Below are positions 27,161 to 36,670 of a DNA stretch of 64,000 nt, one piece after another. This DNA is from Escherichia phage ime, in the sequence record MN850576.1; one strand, written 5' to 3'. Below the pieces are notes generated by a model. That model worked only from the letters and a program-made list of their open reading frames with translations. It was not told the origin of the DNA and did no database searches. The translations under genes were made by a program, and so were the position numbers. Numbering within the stretch: position 1 is the first letter of the stretch; the number at the start of each line of letters is the position of its first letter.

Positions 27161-28906
27161 TTAACGTTGTGCAATTACTACGTCTACGATATCACCAACA
27201 CCACAATACGTTAATTGCAGCAAGGTAACACTGTTAGCCTTGTTGTTAATAACAGGTGTTGCCGACAGGATAGCATACTTATCGTGCAAAGTCACGTTGT
27301 GACCTACAGCATCCTGAATTACATAGATAACCGCAGTGAATGGATAAGGTTTATCTTCCGCTGATGTCCCAGGCCACTGTCCTATTGTAAAATCCCCTTT
27401 CGCGTGAACAACATACATACTGGCCTGCCCGTTAGGTGTCCATGTCCCACTGGACGCGTCAACCTCCTCTAAATCAAAATCTACCTTTCCTGCGTGGAAA
27501 GTAGGGGCAGTAATGGTTTTACCCGCCTCAATTTCTTGAGAGGTGGTTATCTTGCCACTGGAGTTAATGCCATTACAGACAAAGTTGACATTAGAGAAGT
27601 CAGGCAACCACCCAGTCACCGTGCCGGATATTTCAAGGTTGTGAACAGAGGTGGTGCCAGTCCCTGCTGCGTTTAAACTGACATCTCCATTTACCTGCAA
27701 GTTGCGGGTAACGTTGCAGTTTTCAGAGTTTGCAGTTGTTGCAGTTAAAGTGGTTGTTGTCAGCTCGGTAATTACACCTTTGTTGGCTGTAAGCCCTTCT
27801 CCTTCAAAAGTTGCACGCTCATTGACTCTTAAGGTATTCAGAGCTATGTTTTGGATAGAGGCCGTACCTCGAATAACTACAGACCCGCCAACCTCCAAAT
27901 CGCCATTTATCAATGCATCACCAGTGCTTTCAATATAGCTAGGGTAGATCATGGTGCCATCGACAGAGTATGTTATCCCTGTAACGGTACCTGTCACCTC
28001 AAGGTTCTTAACCCTGGTGGTCCCATCTACCTGCAATGTCGGTTCGGTTGCTGCCTTCATGGCATTACCACGAATGTACACGTAGTCAAAAAAGTTATTA
28101 CCCAGACCATCAAAATGCACATCGTTATTATTAGCCACTGGTTTCCCAGAAGTTATAGTGTCAGCTATAACCCTGTGGGTGGACACTTCATGAGGTTGCA
28201 GCTCTGTACTTCTCCAGTCTGCATGCTTAGGATCGCTCCACGCAAAAGTAAGTGTAGAAGTATTTGCCGTGAGGATTAGATTCCTAAAGCGTGCAGTAGA
28301 ATCTGCCCCATTAACAGGTCCATGTAAGGTAAGGGTGCCACCAACTATAGTGTTAGCGAGTTCTGTAAGACCTTTTACCACCAAAGACCCTACAGTAACT
28401 TTCATCCCCTCCATGGCTTTAAATATGCTATCAACATAGTCAACAACAAACTCTGTGTTTGCTATGGACTCTGACTTATCGTCCATTGGAGGTGTAGGTA
28501 CTCGTGGGTCACCTTCGAACCTCGGGCTGTTAAGTTTTGCGTAGTATTTTGCCATTACTGCAGAGTCGGTATATAATCTCCAGTTTGGAGATTGTGAAGG
28601 ATCTGCTGGCATTCTAACCGGGTTAGATTTTGATGCTGCGGGAGCGTACCACCACTGAGGGCCTGTGTCCCCTTTAAACTCGTACAGCTGGTTAAAAACT
28701 GTTGTGGATGCACCATACGCCCAAGGGATCGGTGGCGTTTTAAAATAAAGGGTGTCAAGCATGGCTTTTCGTACCGTAGGGATGGTGGTCCCATCCTCTA
28801 CGACAACTTCATCCACAGCGTTACCGTTGACAACCAAGTGCAAACGTTCAGAATCAACAATTACTTGATCTACCGCCTGCTCAAAGCTTGTCATGTCTTG
28901 CGCCAT
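27161..28906 (-). CDS. Tail fibre-like protein
   Basis: 581 aa, T/N/G-rich repetitive composition typical of fibre shafts. Confidence 0.5.
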   Translation of the reverse strand: MAQDMTSFEQAVDQVIVDSERLHLVVNGNAVDEVVVEDGTTIPTVRKAMLDTLYFKTPPIPWAYGASTTVFNQLYEFKGDTGPQWWYAPAASKSNPVRMPADPSQSPNWRLYTDSAVMAKYYAKLNSPRFEGDPRVPTPPMDDKSESIANTEFVVDYVDSIFKAMEGMKVTVGSLVVKGLTELANTIVGGTLTLHGPVNGADSTARFRNLILTANTSTLTFAWSDPKHADWRSTELQPHEVSTHRVIADTITSGKPVANNNDVHFDGLGNNFFDYVYIRGNAMKAATEPTLQVDGTTRVKNLEVTGTVTGITYSVDGTMIYPSYIESTGDALINGDLEVGGSVVIRGTASIQNIALNTLRVNERATFEGEGLTANKGVITELTTTTLTATTANSENCNVTRNLQVNGDVSLNAAGTGTTSVHNLEISGTVTGWLPDFSNVNFVCNGINSSGKITTSQEIEAGKTITAPTFHAGKVDFDLEEVDASSGTWTPNGQASMYVVHAKGDFTIGQWPGTSAEDKPYPFTAVIYVIQDAVGHNVTLHDKYAILSATPVINNKANSVTLLQLTYCGVGDIVDVVIAQR

Positions 28907-28915
28907 GATTTCTCC

Positions 28916-29182
28916 TTAAGCTTTTTGCTCTTCGTTTTTAACGTGGTCAGGGTGCTGGCAACCCCACCGGAGCGAGATGAATTTGCTAATAAGCTGGGGG
29001 CAAGCTACTGAAGGCGCGTATATCCACGCATACCATTCAGGAAGCGTATCATTATACCCCATATGAATAAACACCCCAGTCATCACCGCCATGCCTATGT
29101 TCGACCATAGCTTAGATTGGGATACTTTCGTAGGGTCATCAGATGCCGCAACCAGTCCCCATAAAAACTGAGTTAGTTTCAT
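28916..29182 (-). CDS. Small membrane protein (holin-like?)
   Basis: 88 aa with hydrophobic segment NIGMAVMTGVFIHMGY. Confidence 0.4.
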   Translation of the reverse strand: MKLTQFLWGLVAASDDPTKVSQSKLWSNIGMAVMTGVFIHMGYNDTLPEWYAWIYAPSVACPQLISKFISLRWGCQHPDHVKNEEQKA

Positions 29183-29193
29183 TTACCCTCTTT

Positions 29194-30240
29194 TTAAGCA
29201 TAAGATATAGTGATCCATTGACCGTTTACAAGTTTTTGGATAGCACCTGTCCAGTAATCACCTTGATAAGGGTGTTTATAAGCGTAGTTACCAGAGCACA
29301 TCACATGTCCAGGGTAGACTCTTGACTCTCTGTAGGTGGTTTTGAAACGGTTCGCTATCCTTACATCGTCAACCCCTCTACTGGGCATAGGGACAGTAAG
29401 GTTACCACTACCGTCTGCGCTGTTACCGTTTACCCTGCGGACCACGTTTCTTCCACCAACGGTTGCATATTGGCCTCTAACGGTTTCATCGTTACAATCA
29501 ACTCTTCCACCTATTTGAGCGCTTCCGCAGGATTGTTGTCCGTTAACAGTGGCTCTTGGTATCGTGACCGCATTGGCATTTGCAGAGGAACTTTTTGCAT
29601 CGTTGCATTCAAGATTTCCTTGGATAGCCAGTCTTGCACGGTTGGCAGTTATAGCATTGAGCTTCATAGCCGAAAACACAGGCTGCCCACCAGAAGGTTG
29701 AAATCTCCAACGGAACCCGTCTATTTGGTGAGAAGGATCATCAAGGTCTGTGCCGTCAGCACCACCGATGTTGTCCATAATCCAGAAGTCCATCGTCGTC
29801 TTGTCTGGAGTTATGGTGGTATATATTGCCGCATTGTCTGTTGACGCAGATGCAAACTCGATTCTTTGAAGGCCTAAAGTTTGAGTCTGAGTCATTATGT
29901 CTCCAGACTTGTCAACATACAGATCGTCCATTTCTTCAGGCGAGTATACATTGAGAACTTGACGTGCAGCAGCTTTGTCTGGAACGTCTGCTAGATTATT
30001 AGTGACCCTTAAGAATCTATTATCCCATCCTGGGACAACATCTTCTGTTAAATGCTTTAACCACGCAGAAAGCATGTGAAGTTCAAAGTTAACAACTTCA
30101 CATGCCACTCTTTGTGTCATATCCCAACCTTTCAATCTCTCTTCTTTTTTTGGTTGAGACTTATTCAACTCTCCCGTATTTTCAAGCACAACATCCTGAT
30201 TGGCCCAAATATCAAGAGGGATAACTGGTTTAGTCATCAC
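29194..30240 (-). CDS. Tail fibre protein, paralog A
   Basis: 348 aa; paralog of 31252..32292 (shared PLDIWA/PLEIWA N-terminus, GDxMTxxxxLGLQRI, C-terminal QKLVNGQWIT-SYA). Confidence 0.6.
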   Translation of the reverse strand: MMTKPVIPLDIWANQDVVLENTGELNKSQPKKEERLKGWDMTQRVACEVVNFELHMLSAWLKHLTEDVVPGWDNRFLRVTNNLADVPDKAAARQVLNVYSPEEMDDLYVDKSGDIMTQTQTLGLQRIEFASASTDNAAIYTTITPDKTTMDFWIMDNIGGADGTDLDDPSHQIDGFRWRFQPSGGQPVFSAMKLNAITANRARLAIQGNLECNDAKSSSANANAVTIPRATVNGQQSCGSAQIGGRVDCNDETVRGQYATVGGRNVVRRVNGNSADGSGNLTVPMPSRGVDDVRIANRFKTTYRESRVYPGHVMCSGNYAYKHPYQGDYWTGAIQKLVNGQWITISYA

Positions 30241-30267
30241 GTTCTCCTGAGAAAATTCCTTAGGACT

Positions 30268-30296
30268 ATTTTAACACTTTAGGGAACAAAATGCAA
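30268..30296 (-). promoter_or_regulatory. Sigma70-like promoter TTGCAT-N17-(TGt)TAAAAT
   Basis: Plus-strand atgcaa 30291-30296 and atttta 30268-30273 with 17-nt spacer; upstream of the start of 29194..30240. Confidence 0.5.
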
Positions 30297-30326
30297 GAAC
30301 GGAGTCCTTTCCGTTCTGACCTTTGT

Positions 30327-30641
30327 TTACCTTTTACTATGCTCTACGAGCATGTGCAAAATCTTTTGTACATCGGCTCTGATGCCTGAGACATCTGTCC
30401 TGACATCCTGCTTAAGGTCGTTAATATCGGCCTCTAGCTTGCTTAACCGGGTCTCTATAACGGAATCAAGTTTATCTTTTGTAACCATACTGTTTTTCAC
30501 TAAGATGAGGTCTTTCTCCAGCTCATCCAACCTCTTGGAAATGCCTTTCCATTTGGTGTGCCACTGGTTGAAAGCCCATACACAGATCGGGACAACGGTG
30601 CCCATGCAGATACCGTACAATGCCGCCAAATCCAACTCCAC
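30327..30641 (-). CDS. Small membrane-anchored coiled-coil protein
   Basis: 104 aa with N-terminal hydrophobic helix (ALYGICMGTVVPICVWAF) and heptad-like C-terminus. Confidence 0.45.
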   Translation of the reverse strand: MELDLAALYGICMGTVVPICVWAFNQWHTKWKGISKRLDELEKDLILVKNSMVTKDKLDSVIETRLSKLEADINDLKQDVRTDVSGIRADVQKILHMLVEHSKR

Positions 30642-30652
30642 AACACCTCCTC

Positions 30653-31237
30653 TTAGAGGGTAGGTCGCTCCGGGAAGAAAATGTCAGGGGCTTTAGATGT
30701 ATCTATTTCAAGAAGTTTTACCCTGTACATTTTCAAATCTCTGATGTTACGTTTCTGGTCATCAGTAAGATCATATTCAAGGTCAATCATGTCTTGATAG
30801 GCACCAATTCTAGCAGTAGCCCAAGCAAGTTCTGTCTCTATGACACCCTCTGCCTGTTGAACAAAGAATTCATTGTCTGTGACAAATTCATCACCAACTA
30901 AACGCAAAGCGTCGTGGTGAAGCATAATGTTTTCTGGTACCTCTTCTTTTTTGGCGATAACCACACGAAGACCTGGAGCAGGCCATAAGGCATCAGGTTC
31001 TTCTGTAGATGTCTTAAGAATTCCCTTCTCGTCAACAAGTAGGAAGATACACCCTGGATTTTCTTGTCGTAATGTTCGTGACTGCACATACCAATCACCA
31101 TCATCATTACGTAAAAAATACCCAGTGTATGCGGTGTAATCCTCGACCTCTTGAGGGGTCAGCTCCTTGGTTTCCTTGTTGGAGTGGTATTCGCCAGATC
31201 CCGGTTGGTAAAGTTTAAACTCTTGAAGTATTTTCAT
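30653..31237 (-). CDS. Hypothetical protein (possible fibre assembly factor by position)
   Basis: 194-aa ORF immediately downstream of fibre paralog B. Confidence 0.45.
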   Translation of the reverse strand: MKILQEFKLYQPGSGEYHSNKETKELTPQEVEDYTAYTGYFLRNDDGDWYVQSRTLRQENPGCIFLLVDEKGILKTSTEEPDALWPAPGLRVVIAKKEEVPENIMLHHDALRLVGDEFVTDNEFFVQQAEGVIETELAWATARIGAYQDMIDLEYDLTDDQKRNIRDLKMYRVKLLEIDTSKAPDIFFPERPTL

Positions 31238-31251
31238 GCTAGTCCTCCGAT

Positions 31252-32292
31252 CTATGCATAATTAACAGTGATCCATTGACCATTTACAAGTTTTTGTAAA
31301 GGTCCTGCCCAGTAGGTTGAACCACGCATCTCTTTTTTGTCACCGAAATGCCAGCCTGTGACAACGTATCCGTTGCGGATTGGAGATTCAGAAACGCCGT
31401 CCACAAGTCTTGCACCGATTCTGATGTCTTGCACACCTGTCTGCGGGATAGTGATCGTTACATCACCGTTACCGTTAGCCGTCACTCCATTCACGGAGCG
31501 CACCACATTTCTGTTACCGACAACACAGTGCTGGCTTCTTACAACCATACTGTCACAACTTGCACCACCATTGACATATACTGACCCAGCCGTCAACTGA
31601 CTGGCCACATTACAGTTGGTGAATGTTGCTGTATTGCTGATAGTAAGGTTATTGCACCTCATGTTATCGACAACTTCAACATTGCCTACCACTTTCAACA
31701 GCGCACGATTAGCCGTGATCGCGTTAAGGTACATCAAAGTGAACTCTGGATTAATATCCGGCTGAGTTGGCTGGAATCTCCAACGAAACGCATCTACTGT
31801 AGATGTACCACCATCATCAAACGACCCGGTATTATCACTTAACCCAAAGTCGAGGGTTGTCTTATCTGGGCCAATAGTTGTCTCTATCCAAGCCTTATCT
31901 GTCTCGGCAGCTTTAAAGTTGATACGTTGCAACCCCAAGGGGCCTGTCATTGTATCACCTGTAACTTTTACATACCTGGCGTCTGCCTCTTCCTTAGTGA
32001 TAATCCCAAGGTTTCTACGGGCAACAGGAATGTTCAAAAGATCGCTCAAGTTATTATCACGTACCAGATAACGGCCTTCTTGAGCTGGGATCTGCTCGTC
32101 AGCAATGTATTTTGCCCAAGTCCCGAGCATATTGAAAATATAGTTAAGTTCTTCACATGAGGGCTTTTGACCAAGATCCCAACCTTTTCTCCACAAATCA
32201 TCAATCGGGCGTAGCCTGTTCTGTCTGTGGGTGTTAGGCAGAACCTGATCCTCCTCTGCCCAAATCTCTAATGGAAAACTAGGTTTTGACAT
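31252..32292 (-). CDS. Tail fibre protein, paralog B
   Basis: 346 aa; paralog of 29194..30240. Confidence 0.6.
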   Translation of the reverse strand: MSKPSFPLEIWAEEDQVLPNTHRQNRLRPIDDLWRKGWDLGQKPSCEELNYIFNMLGTWAKYIADEQIPAQEGRYLVRDNNLSDLLNIPVARRNLGIITKEEADARYVKVTGDTMTGPLGLQRINFKAAETDKAWIETTIGPDKTTLDFGLSDNTGSFDDGGTSTVDAFRWRFQPTQPDINPEFTLMYLNAITANRALLKVVGNVEVVDNMRCNNLTISNTATFTNCNVASQLTAGSVYVNGGASCDSMVVRSQHCVVGNRNVVRSVNGVTANGNGDVTITIPQTGVQDIRIGARLVDGVSESPIRNGYVVTGWHFGDKKEMRGSTYWAGPLQKLVNGQWITVNYA

Positions 32293-32304
32293 TTTATCTC
32301 CTGA

Positions 32305-34377
32305 TTATGAGAAGTCTGGCGGGACAACATCTTCTACATACCCTTTCAGAGCAACCTGCCCCATATGAAGCACGGTAGAATCTCTAGCGGTAACAGTGAT
32401 GCTGTCAGACATTACTTGCGGGTATGCCCACACATACTGTTTTACCTCAGGATATCTATACTCTATAGTTGCCATGTTTCCGCAAATACATCTCCATAAA
32501 AATTCTTGGTAATTCCTGGTTGGGTCGTAACCATATACCGGAGCAAGCTCTTTACTAGGAACGAACCCTGCAAGGTATTGTATTTCAGACGGTTGCCAAC
32601 CTAACTTAACGATAGGTATGTTTACAGACTCTTTTGCCTTTTCAATACCTCCCTGCATCACCCAATCGTAGCACTCGGTGCAGAAGAAATCAAGAGCACC
32701 TGCTTCCTTTTTATATTGGTCAGCAAGGTTAAGCTTTTGCGTAAGCTCGGTTTCCATAATGGTTGGGAAAAACAGCAGAGCTGTCATCTGAGCTGATGCA
32801 GCGTGTGCCTTTATTGCCTTTGAAATAGCCGCAATACGAGCGCCAAGCTTACCACGACAAAATGCTACATACTTATCGTAAACACCGCCAGTTTTAGGAT
32901 CGTCAATAGTCCCAATATCTAATGCATACTCGCCTGTCTCATCATAAAACGCCTGTTTTGTAGGGTAATCATAAATACAAGGTCTACGAGTATCGGTATT
33001 GTACCACCACCACGGTTCACCAACCTGCATAATCACTGGCAGGTTGTTTCTCATAGCGGCTGATGCAAAATTCTTAAATACTGCAGTAAGGAAATTCATA
33101 CCCTCTTCAATGGTTGGAGACAGGAGGTAGCTACAAGGTGTATACCCTGTTTTAGCGTAGTTATCGTTCCAGTCTCTTTGGGTCCATTCCAACGGGCAGG
33201 CATCGCTGAAAAGCTCAAAACTTACAGATTGCATAACGTCGAAGTTATGTCGTTTGGCATTGTACATAAAATCATCATGCCATTTATAAGCTGCAGCGTT
33301 TAGCGCTCCTGTTCTGTTTATAGACCATTGGGTTCCTGACCATGTGTAGTCATAATAATGACTCATACCAACATAATGGTTTATGGTTCCGGTATAGCCC
33401 AGACGCTTGATATTGTTCAACACCCTTAAAGGAGACACGTTCCACATATCATCATATGCGGTGCAGATCCCAACATCGTGCTCTCTCACCTGGATATTGT
33501 TAAGTTGCATCATTTTCCAGCCTGTGTCTGGCTGAAGCAGATCTAGGCGCAACTCACACTCTACATTTTCCGTTCTCGGGTCTGTGCTATTACTTACCCA
33601 GTCTTTAGGCATAAGCGGTATTAAAATCCTTCTCACCTGCCGAGGATCAACACCCATCATGCTGTTGTTCTGGTCCATCCCGACGCAGTCCTCAAAATCA
33701 ATATGAATTTCTGCAACATTCTTATCCTCTGAGATGCTGACAGCATATTGAGCTAAAGGAACATAGATGATTGTGCCATCAACAAGGTCTACAGTCATAA
33801 TCATCTTTTCAGGAGTGGAGAAGTTGCTGGCGTTGGTTATTGACATTCTGAACCAGAGCTTGGTGTTTCTCATCTCATAATGATCATCAAACCCAATGCC
33901 GAAATGGTCATACTTGTCAACTGTTTCCCAAATGCACCCAGCCATACCTCCATATGTTCTTGACACTAAACGGTTAATACAACAGTTGTTATCTGCAACA
34001 ATACAGGTACTTTCAGTCTGCTGAGTAGTTGTAACCCAATATCTTGGGTGGAACATTCTCTCCTCAACAGTATCCCAAGATATCCTGTCGAGATTCTCAT
34101 CTGAAACTATTGTACATTTCGCCCTTTGTGTTCCAATCATTACCCCTTGGGATTTTGATGAAAACTCCATAAAGAAGCTTCTTGGTAACCTGTTGGGTAA
34201 TTTGTCAACAATTTCCACGGGGATCTCAACACTGGTTGCCCCAATTGGGATAGTTACATCGCCCTCAACATGATTATAATCTCTACCAGGAACGGCAGTA
34301 TCCTGAACTGTTCGGTAATGAAACTGTGCAGCCATTGTAGAGTAATCACGGTAAGGTTTAAAAACAGCTGTTGCCAT
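32305..34377 (-). CDS. Virion-associated protein with N-terminal Calx-beta-like motif and large C-terminal domain (possible glycanase)
   Basis: N-terminal DTAVPGRDYNHVEGDVTIPIGATSVEIPVEIVDK pattern; 690 aa. Confidence 0.45.
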   Translation of the reverse strand: MATAVFKPYRDYSTMAAQFHYRTVQDTAVPGRDYNHVEGDVTIPIGATSVEIPVEIVDKLPNRLPRSFFMEFSSKSQGVMIGTQRAKCTIVSDENLDRISWDTVEERMFHPRYWVTTTQQTESTCIVADNNCCINRLVSRTYGGMAGCIWETVDKYDHFGIGFDDHYEMRNTKLWFRMSITNASNFSTPEKMIMTVDLVDGTIIYVPLAQYAVSISEDKNVAEIHIDFEDCVGMDQNNSMMGVDPRQVRRILIPLMPKDWVSNSTDPRTENVECELRLDLLQPDTGWKMMQLNNIQVREHDVGICTAYDDMWNVSPLRVLNNIKRLGYTGTINHYVGMSHYYDYTWSGTQWSINRTGALNAAAYKWHDDFMYNAKRHNFDVMQSVSFELFSDACPLEWTQRDWNDNYAKTGYTPCSYLLSPTIEEGMNFLTAVFKNFASAAMRNNLPVIMQVGEPWWWYNTDTRRPCIYDYPTKQAFYDETGEYALDIGTIDDPKTGGVYDKYVAFCRGKLGARIAAISKAIKAHAASAQMTALLFFPTIMETELTQKLNLADQYKKEAGALDFFCTECYDWVMQGGIEKAKESVNIPIVKLGWQPSEIQYLAGFVPSKELAPVYGYDPTRNYQEFLWRCICGNMATIEYRYPEVKQYVWAYPQVMSDSITVTARDSTVLHMGQVALKGYVEDVVPPDFS

Positions 34378-35063
34378 TAACCCTCCTGTCTAGTTGCGTT
34401 TACTGTAATACTTTCACAATAAATGGTTGTGGTGTCCCAATCAGGTCTTACGTCAGGAACATATAGCAAAGTAGCCAGCCCACCAACTCCGAATTGGTTT
34501 TCTTCCCATACTGATCCGAAGCCAAGAGCTGTAGAGTCCCCTTCAAAACCAAAAGCTTGCCCTTGCGATTCTGTAAGACGCAAATGACAAGGCAATGGTA
34601 GCATATCTAAGATCTGATCGATAGACTGCAATATGTCAAAGCAAGTTTTTCTAATATTTATGTCAAACCTGAAGTTGTCTCCTTTCCACGTATCGAAATT
34701 GTCTCTTCCGAACAATTGTCGCAAGGTGGAGATGACATCTTCGCGAGTCCCGCCCCTTGATGCTGCGGCCTGCTGAATAATTAGTGTGGCACGAAAATCA
34801 GCATCTGAAAGTCCATTCCTAAGAATACCAAGTTGATTACCAACTTCGTCAAGGTATCTTCCGCTGGCATTGTTAAGCAATCTTCCTTCAGCCAAACCTA
34901 CCAGCATCTTATCAACATCCTCCAACCTTTTAAGGTATACGGTTAAGAATGTGACTAAATTAACCTTCTCAGCCAGAAAATCTCCAGGCAGGTAGTCAAG
35001 ACCTCCCTGAACAAAATCTGGCAGAGTGTGGATGTGGTTAACATCCGACTTAATCTCTGCCAT
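34377..35063 (-). CDS. Tail/baseplate-associated protein (by position)
   Basis: 228-aa ORF, stop/start coupled to neighbours. Confidence 0.45.
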   Translation of the reverse strand: MAEIKSDVNHIHTLPDFVQGGLDYLPGDFLAEKVNLVTFLTVYLKRLEDVDKMLVGLAEGRLLNNASGRYLDEVGNQLGILRNGLSDADFRATLIIQQAAASRGGTREDVISTLRQLFGRDNFDTWKGDNFRFDINIRKTCFDILQSIDQILDMLPLPCHLRLTESQGQAFGFEGDSTALGFGSVWEENQFGVGGLATLLYVPDVRPDWDTTTIYCESITVNATRQEG

Positions 35064-35074
35064 ATCTCGCCGCC

Positions 35075-36565
35075 TTAAATAGTTTGTTGGAAAGTTATAT
35101 TACTTTCGTCGAGGTCAAACACCTCAGTCATGTTCGCAACAATATCGTTTGTAGTGTAAGCTTCATCAGAAGCTCCTACGGATTTAACTTGAATTACCAG
35201 TCTATTAAATCTGCCTATTGACACAGCAGCAGATGCAGCACCTACCAATTGGATATTATACAACGTATCTGCAACATCCAGTCCGTTAACAACCTGCAAA
35301 AGAGCCTCTATAATGGCATCTTTTTCGGTTGTGGAAAGCGCAGCACCGGAGTAGGTAATTCTCATATCCAGGCGGTAGGTATTTGCCTTGGAGTAATAAA
35401 TTCTTTCAGTCTGACCGTCAGATGTAGTGACATCGTAGAAAATATTACCATAAGTCCTGTTCGTACAGGCTATAGTTTGGTAAAGTGCCTGGCAGATATC
35501 CTCTGTTGCACCACCAAACACCACCACTTGAAACTTATAAGGTGGTATACCTTTCGCATCCGTTTTATCGGTGTTGTTAGAGAACACTCTTACTTTCTCA
35601 ACACCTTTCACCTCGCTTACAGCGCTAAGGATTGCAGGACGGGTAGCCTTAGATGTTAACTGTTTTGTGCTGGAAGCTCTTAAGCGATACTCTGAGTCTT
35701 TCTCAACATCCCTGCCCTCATTGAATCTTTCTCTGTTGGTAAGCTTGATAAATCCACTGGGAGTAGGTGACATTGTTGTCACGGTTTCTGCTTCTCTTGA
35801 CAGCTCACCAGCCTCGTTAGCGATAACATCCAGTGTGATAGTTCTTTCCCCTACAATCGGGGATACTCTGAAATCTACCCTACTGTTAAGTCCAACTTGA
35901 TCAAGATTCGAATTGTACCCTATCCACAACGTTCCTGTCAACATATCGATCTGAATCAAATCGTCGTTCAACAGGGTTGTATTATCGACAATGAATTGCT
36001 TAATCTCTCCGTAAAAGCTTGGCAAATCAGAAGAGTCCAGAGATTTATCTGTTAAAACCAGGCTTTTTGTTTTGATACTTCCATCTGTCTGGTTGGTAAT
36101 TTGGAAGTTGTATTTCCCAATCCTTAGGTCTGGAGCATTTATTCTGTGAGCAATAAGATTCCCTGCTACTTGCACATCGTTGCTAAGAACAAAGTTGCCA
36201 CTGTCCAGCGTATAAGTTTTGGAATCATAAATCATATTGTACGGCACAGTTGTGTTGATTGTCAACTGGCAGGTACCTGATGATTTAGAACGGCCTCTTC
36301 GGTAAATACCCTGTCTTCCAAGAAGCTCATCTAGGTAGATACCTTCTGCCCCATACAGCGTCTGTGATGCGTATACAGATGCTGCCATAAGAATAAGTTG
36401 ATACTCTCGCTCGTTGAAGATAGTGGTCAGCTTATCTGCAACGGAGTTACTCTGTACGTTGAAGTTTTCGCCAAAAGCACGGATCAGGCTTTGCTTAGTT
36501 TCAACGATTAGGTCATTTAGGGTTGGTATAACGAAACCAGCCTCTGTCAATCCATACTTAGCCAC
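35075..36565 (-). CDS. Tail/baseplate-associated protein (by position)
   Basis: 496-aa ORF, GTG start after GGAGG. Confidence 0.45.
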   Translation of the reverse strand: MAKYGLTEAGFVIPTLNDLIVETKQSLIRAFGENFNVQSNSVADKLTTIFNEREYQLILMAASVYASQTLYGAEGIYLDELLGRQGIYRRGRSKSSGTCQLTINTTVPYNMIYDSKTYTLDSGNFVLSNDVQVAGNLIAHRINAPDLRIGKYNFQITNQTDGSIKTKSLVLTDKSLDSSDLPSFYGEIKQFIVDNTTLLNDDLIQIDMLTGTLWIGYNSNLDQVGLNSRVDFRVSPIVGERTITLDVIANEAGELSREAETVTTMSPTPSGFIKLTNRERFNEGRDVEKDSEYRLRASSTKQLTSKATRPAILSAVSEVKGVEKVRVFSNNTDKTDAKGIPPYKFQVVVFGGATEDICQALYQTIACTNRTYGNIFYDVTTSDGQTERIYYSKANTYRLDMRITYSGAALSTTEKDAIIEALLQVVNGLDVADTLYNIQLVGAASAAVSIGRFNRLVIQVKSVGASDEAYTTNDIVANMTEVFDLDESNITFQQTI

Positions 36566-36598
36566 GTCACTCCTCCGGTATGAAAATCTCTACAAGGT

Positions 36599-36627
36599 AT
36601 TTTACCAAATTTTGTAACAATAGTCAA
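36599..36627 (-). promoter_or_regulatory. Sigma70-like promoter TTGACT-N17-(TGg)TAAAAT
   Basis: Plus-strand agtcaa 36622-36627 and atttta 36599-36604 with 17-nt spacer; between the terminator and the start of 35075..36565. Confidence 0.5.
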
Positions 36628-36636
36628 TCTGAGCAT

Positions 36637-36662
36637 AAAAATAAACCCCGCCGAAGCGGGGC
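36637..36662 (-). terminator. Rho-independent terminator
   Basis: Minus-strand CCCCGC-UUCG-GCGGGG followed by UUUAUUUUU, directly after the stop of the J-like gene. Confidence 0.65.
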
Positions 36663-36670
36663 TTTAAAGG

